From: an uncultured virus (IMG/VR IMGVR_UViG_3300017941_000006)
Taxonomy: Duplodnaviria > Heunggongvirae > Uroviricota > Caudoviricetes
Length of the DNA stretch: 20,000 nt
IMG/VR virus record: IMGVR_UViG_3300017941_000006
Strand: one strand, 5' to 3'
Positions within the stretch are counted from its first letter, which is position 1. Each line of letters opens with the position of its first letter. Position numbers and translations under genes: made by a program. The notes beneath the pieces are model-generated. The model ran no database searches. It was given only the letters and a program-made list of their open reading frames with translations, and was not told the DNA's origin. Of this stretch, positions 1-9,385 are shown piece after piece.

Positions 1-3
1 AAT

Positions 4-1452
4 ATGTATGTTCAGGGAGCAACAGCTTTTATAACAAAACCTTTTGATCTTGTACAAGATGCTGCAAGTGCTTTAAGTGATGTAGCTTTCGAAATGAGTT
101 CTGTGGCAGATGTACCTCACGAACTTATTCGATCTTTTAGAGAGATGGCATGTGCAATTACTTCAATCCCTCAAGCTGCCTTTCAAGGTTTTGCAAATCC
201 ATATGTATTTGAAGGAGAGAGCAACTGTGGGGCGAGTTTAGGGGTTCCAGATGCTCCTGTTGCAGGTTCCCCAAATAGTTTTACTGCTACTGCAGATCTA
301 CCTCCTGAAAGATTAGTTTCCCAAGTTTTTGAAAATCCACAACTTACTTTAACCCTTAAGGAAGATCCATTATCTGTGACCGGAGTCTATTTGACTACCG
401 ATGTGGCAAGAATTGGAAATAACTATTTAGATACATGGGTAGGGAAAGCAGTTAATCTTACCACAGTTCCAAACGCCCCTATTGTTGTAGATTACAAAGG
501 GTATCAAACTCCTTCTATTTTCCAAAAGATTATGCTTCATACAGCTCGTTCTCATATTGTTTTGGATGGTGATACTCTCGAGAGGATCTCATTAGAAGAA
601 TATGGTGATTCTTCAAGATGGAAAGAAATAGTTTTGTACAATAGTCTTGAATACCCTTTTACAGCCGGTACTAATTTTCAAACTAAGTATAAGTCTACAG
701 GTTTTGTTAGATTTTATAGAAAATCAGACTTCACCAGTGTTATTCTTATTCCGAAAGATACTGTTGTATGGAGTCCTGCATATCAAGGGACTAACCAAAT
801 AAATTTTGTGGTCACACAACCGACAGTTTTACCTATTTCAACATCTTATGTGGATGTTCCAATAGAAGCTCAGCAAGCCGGAGAGGCTGGCGATGTTGGC
901 CCTGGAAGAATTACTGGCTTTACAGGTTTTGTAACTTCTATACAGAAAATTTCAAACATCTCTGCTGTTATAGGTGGAAAAATTTGGAATGTTGCAAAAC
1001 CCGGCGATGTTTTGCAAATTCCGGATACCTCTGCTCCCTCTTCTGACAATATCGTATCTTCTGGAAACACGTATGAAGCATTGTTTGGTATAGATATATT
1101 GCTTAAAGATGGAGAGTTTGATTCCGGAATCGAAGGAAATCCAGATTTACAAAGAGTATATGGTGTTAAAAATTTAGAGCAGGCTTTAACGGATCGATTA
1201 CGAACATCTCTTGATTTTTATGTGTATCATCCCGAGTATGGCTCAAATATTCCCAAGTATATAGGACGCAAAAATATAAGTTATTGGGAAGACATAGTTA
1301 GTTGGGATATCCAAGATGTGTGTTTGCTAGACCCACGAATAAGCGAACTTCAAAATTTTATTCTGAATGCCGATGGAGATGCAATTCAGGTAGAATTTGA
1401 TGCAATTCCGATTAATGAAAATACGTCATTACCATTAAACATTATTTTGTAA
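4..1452 (+). CDS. Baseplate protein: LysM-like domain, baseplate-J-like insert and C-terminal gp25/GPW-like domain (possibly 5'-truncated)
   Basis: HIVLDGDTLERISLEEYGDSSRWKEIVLYN...PGDVLQIP is a phage tail LysM pattern. C-terminal DLQRVYGVKNLEQALTDRLRT...HPEYGS...DPRI resembles gp25/W. The frame is open to the window edge. Confidence 0.75.
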   Translation: MYVQGATAFITKPFDLVQDAASALSDVAFEMSSVADVPHELIRSFREMACAITSIPQAAFQGFANPYVFEGESNCGASLGVPDAPVAGSPNSFTATADLPPERLVSQVFENPQLTLTLKEDPLSVTGVYLTTDVARIGNNYLDTWVGKAVNLTTVPNAPIVVDYKGYQTPSIFQKIMLHTARSHIVLDGDTLERISLEEYGDSSRWKEIVLYNSLEYPFTAGTNFQTKYKSTGFVRFYRKSDFTSVILIPKDTVVWSPAYQGTNQINFVVTQPTVLPISTSYVDVPIEAQQAGEAGDVGPGRITGFTGFVTSIQKISNISAVIGGKIWNVAKPGDVLQIPDTSAPSSDNIVSSGNTYEALFGIDILLKDGEFDSGIEGNPDLQRVYGVKNLEQALTDRLRTSLDFYVYHPEYGSNIPKYIGRKNISYWEDIVSWDIQDVCLLDPRISELQNFILNADGDAIQVEFDAIPINENTSLPLNIIL

Positions 1453-1523
1453 GGACATAAGAGAATTGCATGCCGGATTATGGATTTTAGATGATTTGAT
1501 CCTTTTTAAGGTCGGAGGTTAAT

Positions 1524-3698
1524 ATGGCGTTTCAAGTCAAAAAGTTTAATTCAATAATAGCAAGCATGATTAATTGGCTAAGTAGTAACACAGCCAGGAT
1601 CACAGATTTTAATGTGGGATCAACAAGCCGAACTCTTTTAGAGGCTGTGGCTATAGAGTTGGAAGAGCTCTACTACCAATTATTGATAGCTGTTCAGGAA
1701 GCTATTGAAGAAGCCATATACAGAGCTTTCAACTTTCAAAGAAATCCGGCTGAATCTTCCACAGGATTGGTTCGGTTTGAACGTTCGTCGGGATCGGAAC
1801 TCACTATTTCTGTACCAAGAGGAACTAATGTAGCTACAGACTCTGCACCGCCAATTTTATTTGAAACTCAATCTGATGATTCAATTCCTGTAGTTGCTGG
1901 TAGAGCTACAGGGGGAGGAGTAACAACTCTTATAGACTCTTCTAAGAATTGGGTCGATGAAGGAATAGGTATCGGAGCCAAAGTAAAAAATATTACGGAT
2001 AGTGGAGAGACCCCACCTTCCGGAGTGATTGCAATACAAACCACTATTAATACCAATGATACATTGCTTTTTGGAACTCTGTCAGGTCTTGCATCTTTTG
2101 TTGTGAATAATGACTATTATATAGCTGTGTTTTACGATGATGACGGAGTTGTAACTGATATAACGACTGCGGCACATGGTGGGATACTCTTTCCAGTAGC
2201 CTTAGTTCTTAACGAGGACTACATTTATTTGGGGAGCGATGATTTATTCTTTGGTCTGGTATTTAATAAAGGAGGAGGCGCAGCTCAGAATGCTGCGGCT
2301 TCATTGATAGTAGAATATTGGAATGGTGTGGCTTGGGTTCTTGCTACAGATTTAGTTGATGGGACAGCTGGAGTAGGTGGAAAACCTTTTTCTTCCGCTG
2401 GGGATATTATCTGGAGACTTCCAAGCGATTGGATTAAGGCCGTTTATCAAAACCAAAATCTTTATTGGGCAAGAATTTCAGCGTCTGCTACATTAACCCC
2501 AGGTTCTCAAGGAGATTACTTTAAATACAAAAGAGGGGATTCTTATAAAGTTGTCACCATGTTTAAAGACATTGATGTTCAAGCGATTCAGTCCGGGGTT
2601 GTTGGGAATGTTGCAGCCAATACAATCATAATTCTCTCAAGTAATATTCCAAATGTGGCGGATATTAAAAATTTAGCCGCATTCTCGGATGGGGAAGATG
2701 AAGAAACCTCTTCGGCTCGGAAAGCCCGCTTTGCTCTTTATATTCAGAGTTTAGCCCGAGCAACAAGAGGAGCTTTGGAATATGCAGCAAGAACTGTTCC
2801 TCAAATTGTAGCAGCTAAAGCTATAGATGATGTTCGGCCAACTGTGCTCAAAGAACAGTACGGGAGTACTTCTGTTTTTACGGATATAACAAATGCTATG
2901 CGGAATCCTTCAGATCCCGAAGTGAAGCTCTTTGAAGATACAACAAATGAGAATGATGCTTTGTATATCGGGGGAAATGAACTTTTTGATTATTTGAATA
3001 TGCATCTCATCCAAGCAGGTGTAGTTGCTACTGACAACTTGGTTTGGGAGTATTATAGTGCAGATGGCTGGCAGTCTTTAGCCGTTACGGATGGAACAGA
3101 TCCGGGAGGAGCAACTCCGGGACCTTTGCAGCAGAGTGGAACTGTATCATGGACTATTCCAAATGATATAGTTGCGACAACTATCAATAATTTTCAAAAG
3201 TTGTGGATACGATTGAGAGTAACAGCAGGTGGGGTAACTTTTGCAACTATACCAACTGGCGATTATTGTTCTTTACCTCCTGGTTTTGGATATGTTTATC
3301 TTTATTGCCATGATGGAAGCGGAGAACTTAATTCAAGTCTTATAACATCAGTAGAAAATGCTGTAGAACTCTATAGAGGATGTGGAATAATTGTAGAGGT
3401 GAAAGCCCCAACTAAGATTCAACCAACAATTACTGTTACCTTGTTTATTGCTTCTAACTATGATGCTACTGACATTGCCACTAAGGTTCGCCAAGCCCTT
3501 ATTGATTACCTTTATACCAAGGTTTTAGGGGAAGATTTGTACATTGCAGAACTTTATAGGTTCATCATGGATAGCAATAATAAGGCTATTTTGAACGTCA
3601 ATATAACTGCACCTATAAGTGATTTGATTGTGGCAAGCAGCGCAGTTTTAAGACCTAATCCACTTAACGTAACAGTGACTGGGATAATCTTATCTTAG
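1524..3698 (+). CDS. Baseplate J/gp47-family wedge protein with inserted beta-sandwich domains
   Basis: ITDFNVGSTSRTLLEAVA, GVVGNVAANTI, FSDGEDEETSSARKARF and LARATRGALEYAA are typical of baseplate J. SD GGAGG upstream; follows the gp25-like gene. Confidence 0.88.
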   Translation: MAFQVKKFNSIIASMINWLSSNTARITDFNVGSTSRTLLEAVAIELEELYYQLLIAVQEAIEEAIYRAFNFQRNPAESSTGLVRFERSSGSELTISVPRGTNVATDSAPPILFETQSDDSIPVVAGRATGGGVTTLIDSSKNWVDEGIGIGAKVKNITDSGETPPSGVIAIQTTINTNDTLLFGTLSGLASFVVNNDYYIAVFYDDDGVVTDITTAAHGGILFPVALVLNEDYIYLGSDDLFFGLVFNKGGGAAQNAAASLIVEYWNGVAWVLATDLVDGTAGVGGKPFSSAGDIIWRLPSDWIKAVYQNQNLYWARISASATLTPGSQGDYFKYKRGDSYKVVTMFKDIDVQAIQSGVVGNVAANTIIILSSNIPNVADIKNLAAFSDGEDEETSSARKARFALYIQSLARATRGALEYAARTVPQIVAAKAIDDVRPTVLKEQYGSTSVFTDITNAMRNPSDPEVKLFEDTTNENDALYIGGNELFDYLNMHLIQAGVVATDNLVWEYYSADGWQSLAVTDGTDPGGATPGPLQQSGTVSWTIPNDIVATTINNFQKLWIRLRVTAGGVTFATIPTGDYCSLPPGFGYVYLYCHDGSGELNSSLITSVENAVELYRGCGIIVEVKAPTKIQPTITVTLFIASNYDATDIATKVRQALIDYLYTKVLGEDLYIAELYRFIMDSNNKAILNVNITAPISDLIVASSAVLRPNPLNVTVTGIILS

Positions 3699-3707
3699 GA
3701 TGATTTA

Positions 3708-6080
3708 ATGATAAAGAACTTTCTTCAGAAACTTATTAGGAATTTGGCTCCGGATGTTTTTAAACCAGACCCTTATACCCCGGGCTTGTTATATTTAACC
3801 CTGGATGCTATTCAAAGAGAGATAAGCGGTATATGTCCGTGGGATACAGGGGAAGAATGTTTAAAAGGCTATGATTCTTTTTGGTCTTCTCCGTGTAGGA
3901 ACTTTAATTGTCCGGGATATCTTCATCCTCACGGTTTGATTGCATATACATCCAGAAGTTCCAGCGAAACAAGTGTTGACAATAGATTTGATTATTCCAG
4001 CTTTAGGTATCTTGCCGGAGATGGCGATGATTGGATTCCTGCTGGAACTTTAGGAACAATGGTTCTTTTTAATTTTGGCTTTGCCGGAGACCCTGGCGGA
4101 TATGGTGCTTACTACTATGGTGCTTTGTATTATGGTGATAATTCACGTCTGGGTTCAGGCGTTGGTGTAGCAGCAATCGGAGATAAATGGTATATCACCT
4201 GCCACACTGCAAGTATTGTAATAGGTACAGATGGGCTGAATTACAGATGCAAGCGTCAACATTTATCAGCTTCCAACAATAAGCCGATAACTGGTGATCC
4301 TCTTGTGTGGCCTCTCTATTGGGAACAGGGAGGTTTGGCTGGGGATACTTGGATAGCGGATGCTGTGTATGACATAGTTTCCATAGTTGGCCCGCCGATT
4401 GCCGATCCCGGTAACAGAGGCGGCTGGTGTGCTGTTGCTACTAAAGGGCCTTATAGCGGAGACCATGACACTATTTATACTGTAGAAATTATTGATTTTA
4501 GGGGATATATCCAAGACTTTCAGAATGCGTTATTGCAAATTTCTTTAGCTTCATGCACAGAATCTTGGCTTGACTACTGGGGAGCATACTTTGGAATTCC
4601 AAGACTTCTAACTGTAAGTGGTTATGAAGAAGATGAAATCTATAGAGCTCGGATAATGAAGGAAATCACCCGAGCCAAAGGGACAAGGTCTGTTTTACTT
4701 GAAGAAGCCCAAGCTTATTTTAAATCTGATTTGGTATCTATAGAAGAGTATCATCAGAAAGGGGCAGCGAGTGTTGTTTTAGGAACTGATGACAAATATT
4801 ATATCTGTATTTTAAATCATACTTCCGAACCGTCGAACCGTCCGATAACTGGTGACAACTGGGCTCTCTATTGGAAGCAAGGAGGCTTAGCTGGTGATAC
4901 TTGGAAACCGGGACTTCCTTATGTGATAGAGACATCCCCAAGATGGGATGGGCCGGTCGCTCCGACTATAGATTGCCCTTCTTATGGAGTAGGAGACCCT
5001 GCTCAAGGATTGTGGCCCTGGGAATTTTATATTAACATTCCAGCCCAGCGTTCACTCTCTGGAAAGTTTATTAAAAGTGCAGAAGGAGATACTATTGGGC
5101 CTTGCTCATGCGATCAAGCTTGTTACGGACAATCTTCATGTAGTTGTGATATGACCACATATGGGGCTGTAATTTGCTCATGCGATACTACTTGCTATGG
5201 ACATCAGGCCTGCCAGGCCTCTTGCGATTTGCAACGTTACGGAGTAACAGATGTACAGGGGGGATGTGTCTGTAATGTTTCTTGCTATGGATATCATGCC
5301 TGTGACTGCGATGGAGTTTGCTATGGATATGCATGTTCTTGTGATCAAACTTGTTATCAAGAAACTCCTACTTCCTCTATCGCTTCACCGCAATCTTCGC
5401 AACCAACAGCGGATGAACTTGCCAGACTGAATCACATCCATGCTTTTCTCATTGTTTACGATGCGAATTGGGACAATGACAAAGTTGTTGCATTTGAAAA
5501 CTGGTTGATTGCTAATGGTTTATATTTTTATGGTGTTGGTGGTGGGACATGGAATATTAACTTGCAGGGTCAGGGAGAAGGAGGCTTATACGAATTTCTT
5601 GACATTCCTGCTTCAAGAGCACTTGCGGCCATGATAACCGATCCCCTTGCACATATTTATTATGCATCCACTGCACCTGATTTTACAATGCCGTTTGGAT
5701 CATCAGATTATGCAAACATTTCTATGCCACAAAATAAAGTCGGGGAGTCATTTTCATACGATTTAGTGGTTACTGGCACAGATCATTATGCTCTAAATGT
5801 ATGGGTCGCCCATTCTCCAACATCGGGGGAACCAGCAGCGTTTGCTTTGGTTCTTACTTTTCCTGATGCTCGTACTTTAACTTTTGGATATTCACCTGGT
5901 GGTTCTATTGACTATGGCTATTTTAATGTGATAGCTCAAAATGCTCCCATCGGTGGAGGCACTCCAAATATCGCAGATGCACATATACCAGAGGGGACTT
6001 GGAAGTTAACAATAATAATGGGGTCTGGGATATATGGTGGTACAGGGGGTCAAATAAATATATCGACGGAACTCACTTGA
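3708..6080 (+). CDS. Baseplate wedge / tail protein I-like protein (N-terminal part) with CBM-like repeats, Cys-rich repeats and an extra C-terminal domain
   Basis: WLDYWGAYFGIPRL...EEDEIYRARIMKEITRAKGT is typical of the wedge protein encoded after baseplate J. Long ORF in the expected gene order. Confidence 0.75.
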   Translation: MIKNFLQKLIRNLAPDVFKPDPYTPGLLYLTLDAIQREISGICPWDTGEECLKGYDSFWSSPCRNFNCPGYLHPHGLIAYTSRSSSETSVDNRFDYSSFRYLAGDGDDWIPAGTLGTMVLFNFGFAGDPGGYGAYYYGALYYGDNSRLGSGVGVAAIGDKWYITCHTASIVIGTDGLNYRCKRQHLSASNNKPITGDPLVWPLYWEQGGLAGDTWIADAVYDIVSIVGPPIADPGNRGGWCAVATKGPYSGDHDTIYTVEIIDFRGYIQDFQNALLQISLASCTESWLDYWGAYFGIPRLLTVSGYEEDEIYRARIMKEITRAKGTRSVLLEEAQAYFKSDLVSIEEYHQKGAASVVLGTDDKYYICILNHTSEPSNRPITGDNWALYWKQGGLAGDTWKPGLPYVIETSPRWDGPVAPTIDCPSYGVGDPAQGLWPWEFYINIPAQRSLSGKFIKSAEGDTIGPCSCDQACYGQSSCSCDMTTYGAVICSCDTTCYGHQACQASCDLQRYGVTDVQGGCVCNVSCYGYHACDCDGVCYGYACSCDQTCYQETPTSSIASPQSSQPTADELARLNHIHAFLIVYDANWDNDKVVAFENWLIANGLYFYGVGGGTWNINLQGQGEGGLYEFLDIPASRALAAMITDPLAHIYYASTAPDFTMPFGSSDYANISMPQNKVGESFSYDLVVTGTDHYALNVWVAHSPTSGEPAAFALVLTFPDARTLTFGYSPGGSIDYGYFNVIAQNAPIGGGTPNIADAHIPEGTWKLTIIMGSGIYGGTGGQINISTELT
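4209..4904 (+). repeat. Two copies of a ~48-aa Trp-rich module (4209-4352 and 4767-4904), CBM5/12-like
   Basis: ASIVIGTDGLNYRCKRQHLSASNNKPITGD..WPLYWEQGGLAGDTW vs ASVVLGTDDKYYICILNHTSEPSNRPITGDNWALYWKQGGLAGDTW; shared DNA ccgataactggtga. Confidence 0.8.
5103..5363 (+). repeat. Cys-rich coding repeat block 1 (7 x CxC[DN]xx[CT]YG-like)
   Basis: CSCDQACYG, CSCDMTTYG, CSCDTTCYG, CQASCDLQRYG, CVCNVSCYG, CDCDGVCYG, CSCDQTCYQ. Confidence 0.9.
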
Positions 6081-6144
6081 ACAGTTTAGGAGATGGAATG
6101 CCAATGTTTAAAAGACAAAATTTACTTCGGAGGAAACTAAGATA

Positions 6145-7200
6145 ATGGCAGCTTGTGTGTGCTATAACACATGTTATCAGCAACAACCTTGTACTTGTGA
6201 TCACACGAACCACGGATATGTGGGTTGCACATGTGATGTTCATTGTTACGGACAAGGACAAGTCTGTACTTGTGACATGCTATGCTATGGGTATATTGCC
6301 TGTACTTGTGATAACACGACTTACGGAGCAACTTCGTGTGGATGTAATAATGCTTGTTACGGAGACAAAGGTTGCTCCTGTGATTTTCACTGCTATCAGG
6401 AAGCTTCTGTGCCTGCTGGTGCTCCCTCTTTGAGAGACACAGTATTGGCATATAAATATGAAGGCGGCTATGGTAGTGGAGGCTACGGTGAATTTTTTCT
6501 AATAGTTTCAGGGAAGATGTTTCCAGACCCGACAAATGAGGGAGATGCTACACTATTCGGTTGCAGTCATCAATTTAGTGGAATTGAATTTTTATTCGCT
6601 ACCCCCGGAGTTGGCGGCGCTTATATTTGGGAATACTGGACAGGCTCACAATGGACTACTTTGACTGTCCAAGATGGAACTTCAAAAGGAACTTTAGGAT
6701 TAACTCAAGATGGATGGATAAACTGGCTTGAAGGTTTGCGTGACTGGGTTTTAGCAGATATTCCAAGTACAGGAACCCCGAAGTATTGGGTTAGATGTCG
6801 AGTTTTTACGCCACCTTCAACAACTCCTAATATTTCATCGATGTGGATCACTTATGCGGGGCAGACTTGCCGTGGAGTATATGTTGCTAATGGAACGCCT
6901 TCTTGTAAATGTAATTATACTTGTTATGACTACTCACCATGCTTTTGTAATTTAACTGCATACGGCGGTTCGCCTTGTGAGTGTGATCAGGCTTGCTACG
7001 GAGACTTTTCTTGCAGTTGTGACATGACTTGCTATACTGAAGTTGCTGCAACATATGTCCCAGATAACAGGGATTTAAACAATTGCTATGTTTTTGCCGA
7101 GGGAACGTTTGCCAAACCGATTGTTGAGTCAGGTTTGCAACAAATAATTGACAGGTTAAAAACTGCCGGAACAATAGCTATAATAAATCCTTTGGATTAG
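6145..7200 (+). CDS. Cys-rich baseplate-associated protein carrying the apparent C-terminal part of the wedge protein
   Basis: Own SD GGAGG at 6129-6133. 11 Cys repeats, a WEYW..W...DGT beta-domain and the terminal GLQQIIDRLKTAGTIAII typical of wedge-protein C-termini. Confidence 0.75.
   Translation: MAACVCYNTCYQQQPCTCDHTNHGYVGCTCDVHCYGQGQVCTCDMLCYGYIACTCDNTTYGATSCGCNNACYGDKGCSCDFHCYQEASVPAGAPSLRDTVLAYKYEGGYGSGGYGEFFLIVSGKMFPDPTNEGDATLFGCSHQFSGIEFLFATPGVGGAYIWEYWTGSQWTTLTVQDGTSKGTLGLTQDGWINWLEGLRDWVLADIPSTGTPKYWVRCRVFTPPSTTPNISSMWITYAGQTCRGVYVANGTPSCKCNYTCYDYSPCFCNLTAYGGSPCECDQACYGDFSCSCDMTCYTEVAATYVPDNRDLNNCYVFAEGTFAKPIVESGLQQIIDRLKTAGTIAIINPLD
6154..6402 (+). repeat. Cys-rich coding repeat block 2 (7 units)
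   Basis: CVCYNTCYQ, CTCDHTNHG, CTCDVHCYG, CTCDMLCYG, CTCDNTTYG, CGCNNACYG, CSCDFHCYQ. Confidence 0.9.
6904..7038 (+). repeat. Cys-rich coding repeat block 3 (4 units)
   Basis: CKCNYTCYD, CFCNLTAYG, CECDQACYG, CSCDMTCYT. Confidence 0.9.
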
Positions 7201-7237
7201 ATGAGGTTTAGAAAATAAATTCTTTGGAGGTAGTAAA

Positions 7238-8515
7238 ATGAGTTTAGATTGCGTAAATTGGACCGATAAACAGCTTGATGAATTAGTAGACGTTCTTAGA
7301 AGTGGAGATCAGTCTATCGTTGCGACTTTTATGGCACAGAATTTTTTGTGTGTTGGTTCAAGGATAATGACTGACCCGGATAATACAACACTTAGACTAA
7401 GTGTTGGATCGGACACTAAGACTGTGTCCCTAAGCCCCGGAGCATTCCAGCATGCGGGTTTTATATCCCAAGTTGGAAGTGCAGAAGTTATAAATATTTT
7501 AAACACATCAACTGGAAAATGGGGAGTAGGGAAAATTGCGGATTCGAGTGCAAGATATTCAATAGTTATGGTTAAGTGGAATGATAGAATTCACACTCCT
7601 GGTCTTAGATTCTTTGTTGATGACACGGTTGTTCCGAATACCTATTTTCAACAAAATGCCAACACTTTGGTAGACAAGGCTTACTATGACATTGTGGTAA
7701 AACACGGAACACCGGGTGGTGGAGTGCCGGATGCCGATCCAGGCTTTTGGACTATCGGAGAAATATATATTCCAGCAAATGCAGCGTCAATAGACGCTGC
7801 TAATATTTATGATGTTGGTTGTGCAGACGGTTCTCAGCGTACTCCGCCAAATTGGGTATCGACCACAAGAGTTCTTCGATTGGAATTTATGGGAACCTCT
7901 TTAGGTGGTTTTAGTAAGTTCGCTGTAGATCATGATCCAGTTACTGGATATCATAGAACTGGATTTCACATCGGAAGTGTGGCTGTTGGAGCAAGTGTTA
8001 CGGCCCCGGCTTTAACAAAGTTATCAGATGGGTCTGTGCTTTCTCCAGGAGAATTGCATTCTCATGGAGCAGGAGCTGGGCTTGGCGTAAAATTTTTAGT
8101 TACTCCCACCGGTGGTGGTTTAAATAAACTTCTTTGGACATATGTAGGAGCCATTCCTTTTTCATCTTATGATTGGACAGATGTGAATGTATCTGGTGAT
8201 ACAGGAAGTGATGTACCTAAAGCCGTCCTTCTTGCAGTAGAGCTTCGAAGCACTTCTGTTGGAGCTTGGACAATCATACGAGGAATTTTTAGGAAAAAAG
8301 GTTCATCTGAAACCGATAGTTTACCAAGAATTGATAATTGGGCTATGGCAAGTTCGTCAAGTGGGGTAACAAAAGGAGGCGCAGCTTGCATGCTTATCGT
8401 GCCATGTGATGCATCCGGTATTTTTCAGGCAAAGGTTGAGTTTGTAGACGGACAAGTTGCCGGACAGGCAGGCAATCTTTACTTTAAAGTCGATATGATT
8501 GGATACTTTGTATAA
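7238..8515 (+). CDS. Putative tail fibre / baseplate structural protein
   Basis: Position after the wedge genes; SD GGAGG. VVKHGTPGGGVPDADPGFWTIGEIYIPANAASIDAANIYD and the C-terminal ...VDMIGYF pattern are seen in phage fibre proteins. Confidence 0.6.
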   Translation: MSLDCVNWTDKQLDELVDVLRSGDQSIVATFMAQNFLCVGSRIMTDPDNTTLRLSVGSDTKTVSLSPGAFQHAGFISQVGSAEVINILNTSTGKWGVGKIADSSARYSIVMVKWNDRIHTPGLRFFVDDTVVPNTYFQQNANTLVDKAYYDIVVKHGTPGGGVPDADPGFWTIGEIYIPANAASIDAANIYDVGCADGSQRTPPNWVSTTRVLRLEFMGTSLGGFSKFAVDHDPVTGYHRTGFHIGSVAVGASVTAPALTKLSDGSVLSPGELHSHGAGAGLGVKFLVTPTGGGLNKLLWTYVGAIPFSSYDWTDVNVSGDTGSDVPKAVLLAVELRSTSVGAWTIIRGIFRKKGSSETDSLPRIDNWAMASSSSGVTKGGAACMLIVPCDASGIFQAKVEFVDGQVAGQAGNLYFKVDMIGYFV

Positions 8516-8529
8516 AATAGGAGGATAAA

Positions 8530-9363
8530 ATGTCTTCATCTTACACGAAAAATTTAGGTTTGAGAAAACCGACTCACCGAGATCCGGAAACATTGGAATC
8601 GTGGGATGCTGTTCTTAACAACAACTTTGATATACTTGACTTGATAATAGGACTACGCCAATATACTTCGCAGAATTACATTGTAAATTCTGATTCATTA
8701 GCACAAGCTCTTAACAAAATAGATATGAAATTGAAAGATCTGGTTGATTCATCGTTAACGTCAGAGCAATTGGCAGCCTTGTTAGCTCTTCTTGGCTATG
8801 GGGTTCGACTAGCCCGAAAAGATGTCTTGTTTCCAGAATTTCCGGGGGCTACTTTTTGTGTGACACCAGGAAGTCCAAACCTTGGTATTTTTACGACTGA
8901 TAGCGAGATCGTAACAGTAACCGGTCTTGGGTATAGATTTAACTACTACGAATGGTATAGCTTAGAGACTGCTCTACTGCAGAGCTATGACATCTTAGTG
9001 CAGTGGAGAGTACCTGATACGTTTGTAAATTTTGGTACTACCATTTCACAGTCGAAGGTGCTGATCTTGGATATACGCACACAAAGCGCTGACGTGGCTG
9101 AATCATGCGTTGCTGTCGAACTTTGGAAAGATGGAACCGATCCAACCGATCCAGCAAAAATTTCTACTTCTGGGCCTAAGAGAAGCCAGGATGGTAATTG
9201 GAGGTCTTTACGATTTACGAATGAAGTTATATTTTTTGATGGTAGTGATAATATTCTTAAGGCGTTGGTCCCAGGAGATCTTTTGAATGTTCGTATTACA
9301 ATGAGCAGCAAGGATAACAACTATGCTCGGGTTGGGCCTATAACTATTAGTTATGTAGGATAG
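8530..9363 (+). CDS. Putative tail fibre / virion protein
   Basis: N-terminal YTKNLGLRKP...WDAVLNNNFDILD resembles fibre attachment segments; SD AGGAGG. Confidence 0.6.
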   Translation: MSSSYTKNLGLRKPTHRDPETLESWDAVLNNNFDILDLIIGLRQYTSQNYIVNSDSLAQALNKIDMKLKDLVDSSLTSEQLAALLALLGYGVRLARKDVLFPEFPGATFCVTPGSPNLGIFTTDSEIVTVTGLGYRFNYYEWYSLETALLQSYDILVQWRVPDTFVNFGTTISQSKVLILDIRTQSADVAESCVAVELWKDGTDPTDPAKISTSGPKRSQDGNWRSLRFTNEVIFFDGSDNILKALVPGDLLNVRITMSSKDNNYARVGPITISYVG

Positions 9364-9385
9364 TACTTAAACAAAGGAGGCAGAG

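Noticed and set aside
6078..6145. Programmed frameshift, readthrough or alternative genetic code joining 3708-6080 to 6145-7200
   Set aside because: The upstream frame has TGA followed closely by TAG, the downstream frame has TAA at 6109-6111, and 6145 has its own SD. Other genes end normally in all three stop codons.
5103..7038. Diversity-generating retroelement TR/VR pair
   Set aside because: Differences between the repeats are not adenine-specific, all copies are coding, and no reverse transcriptase is present.
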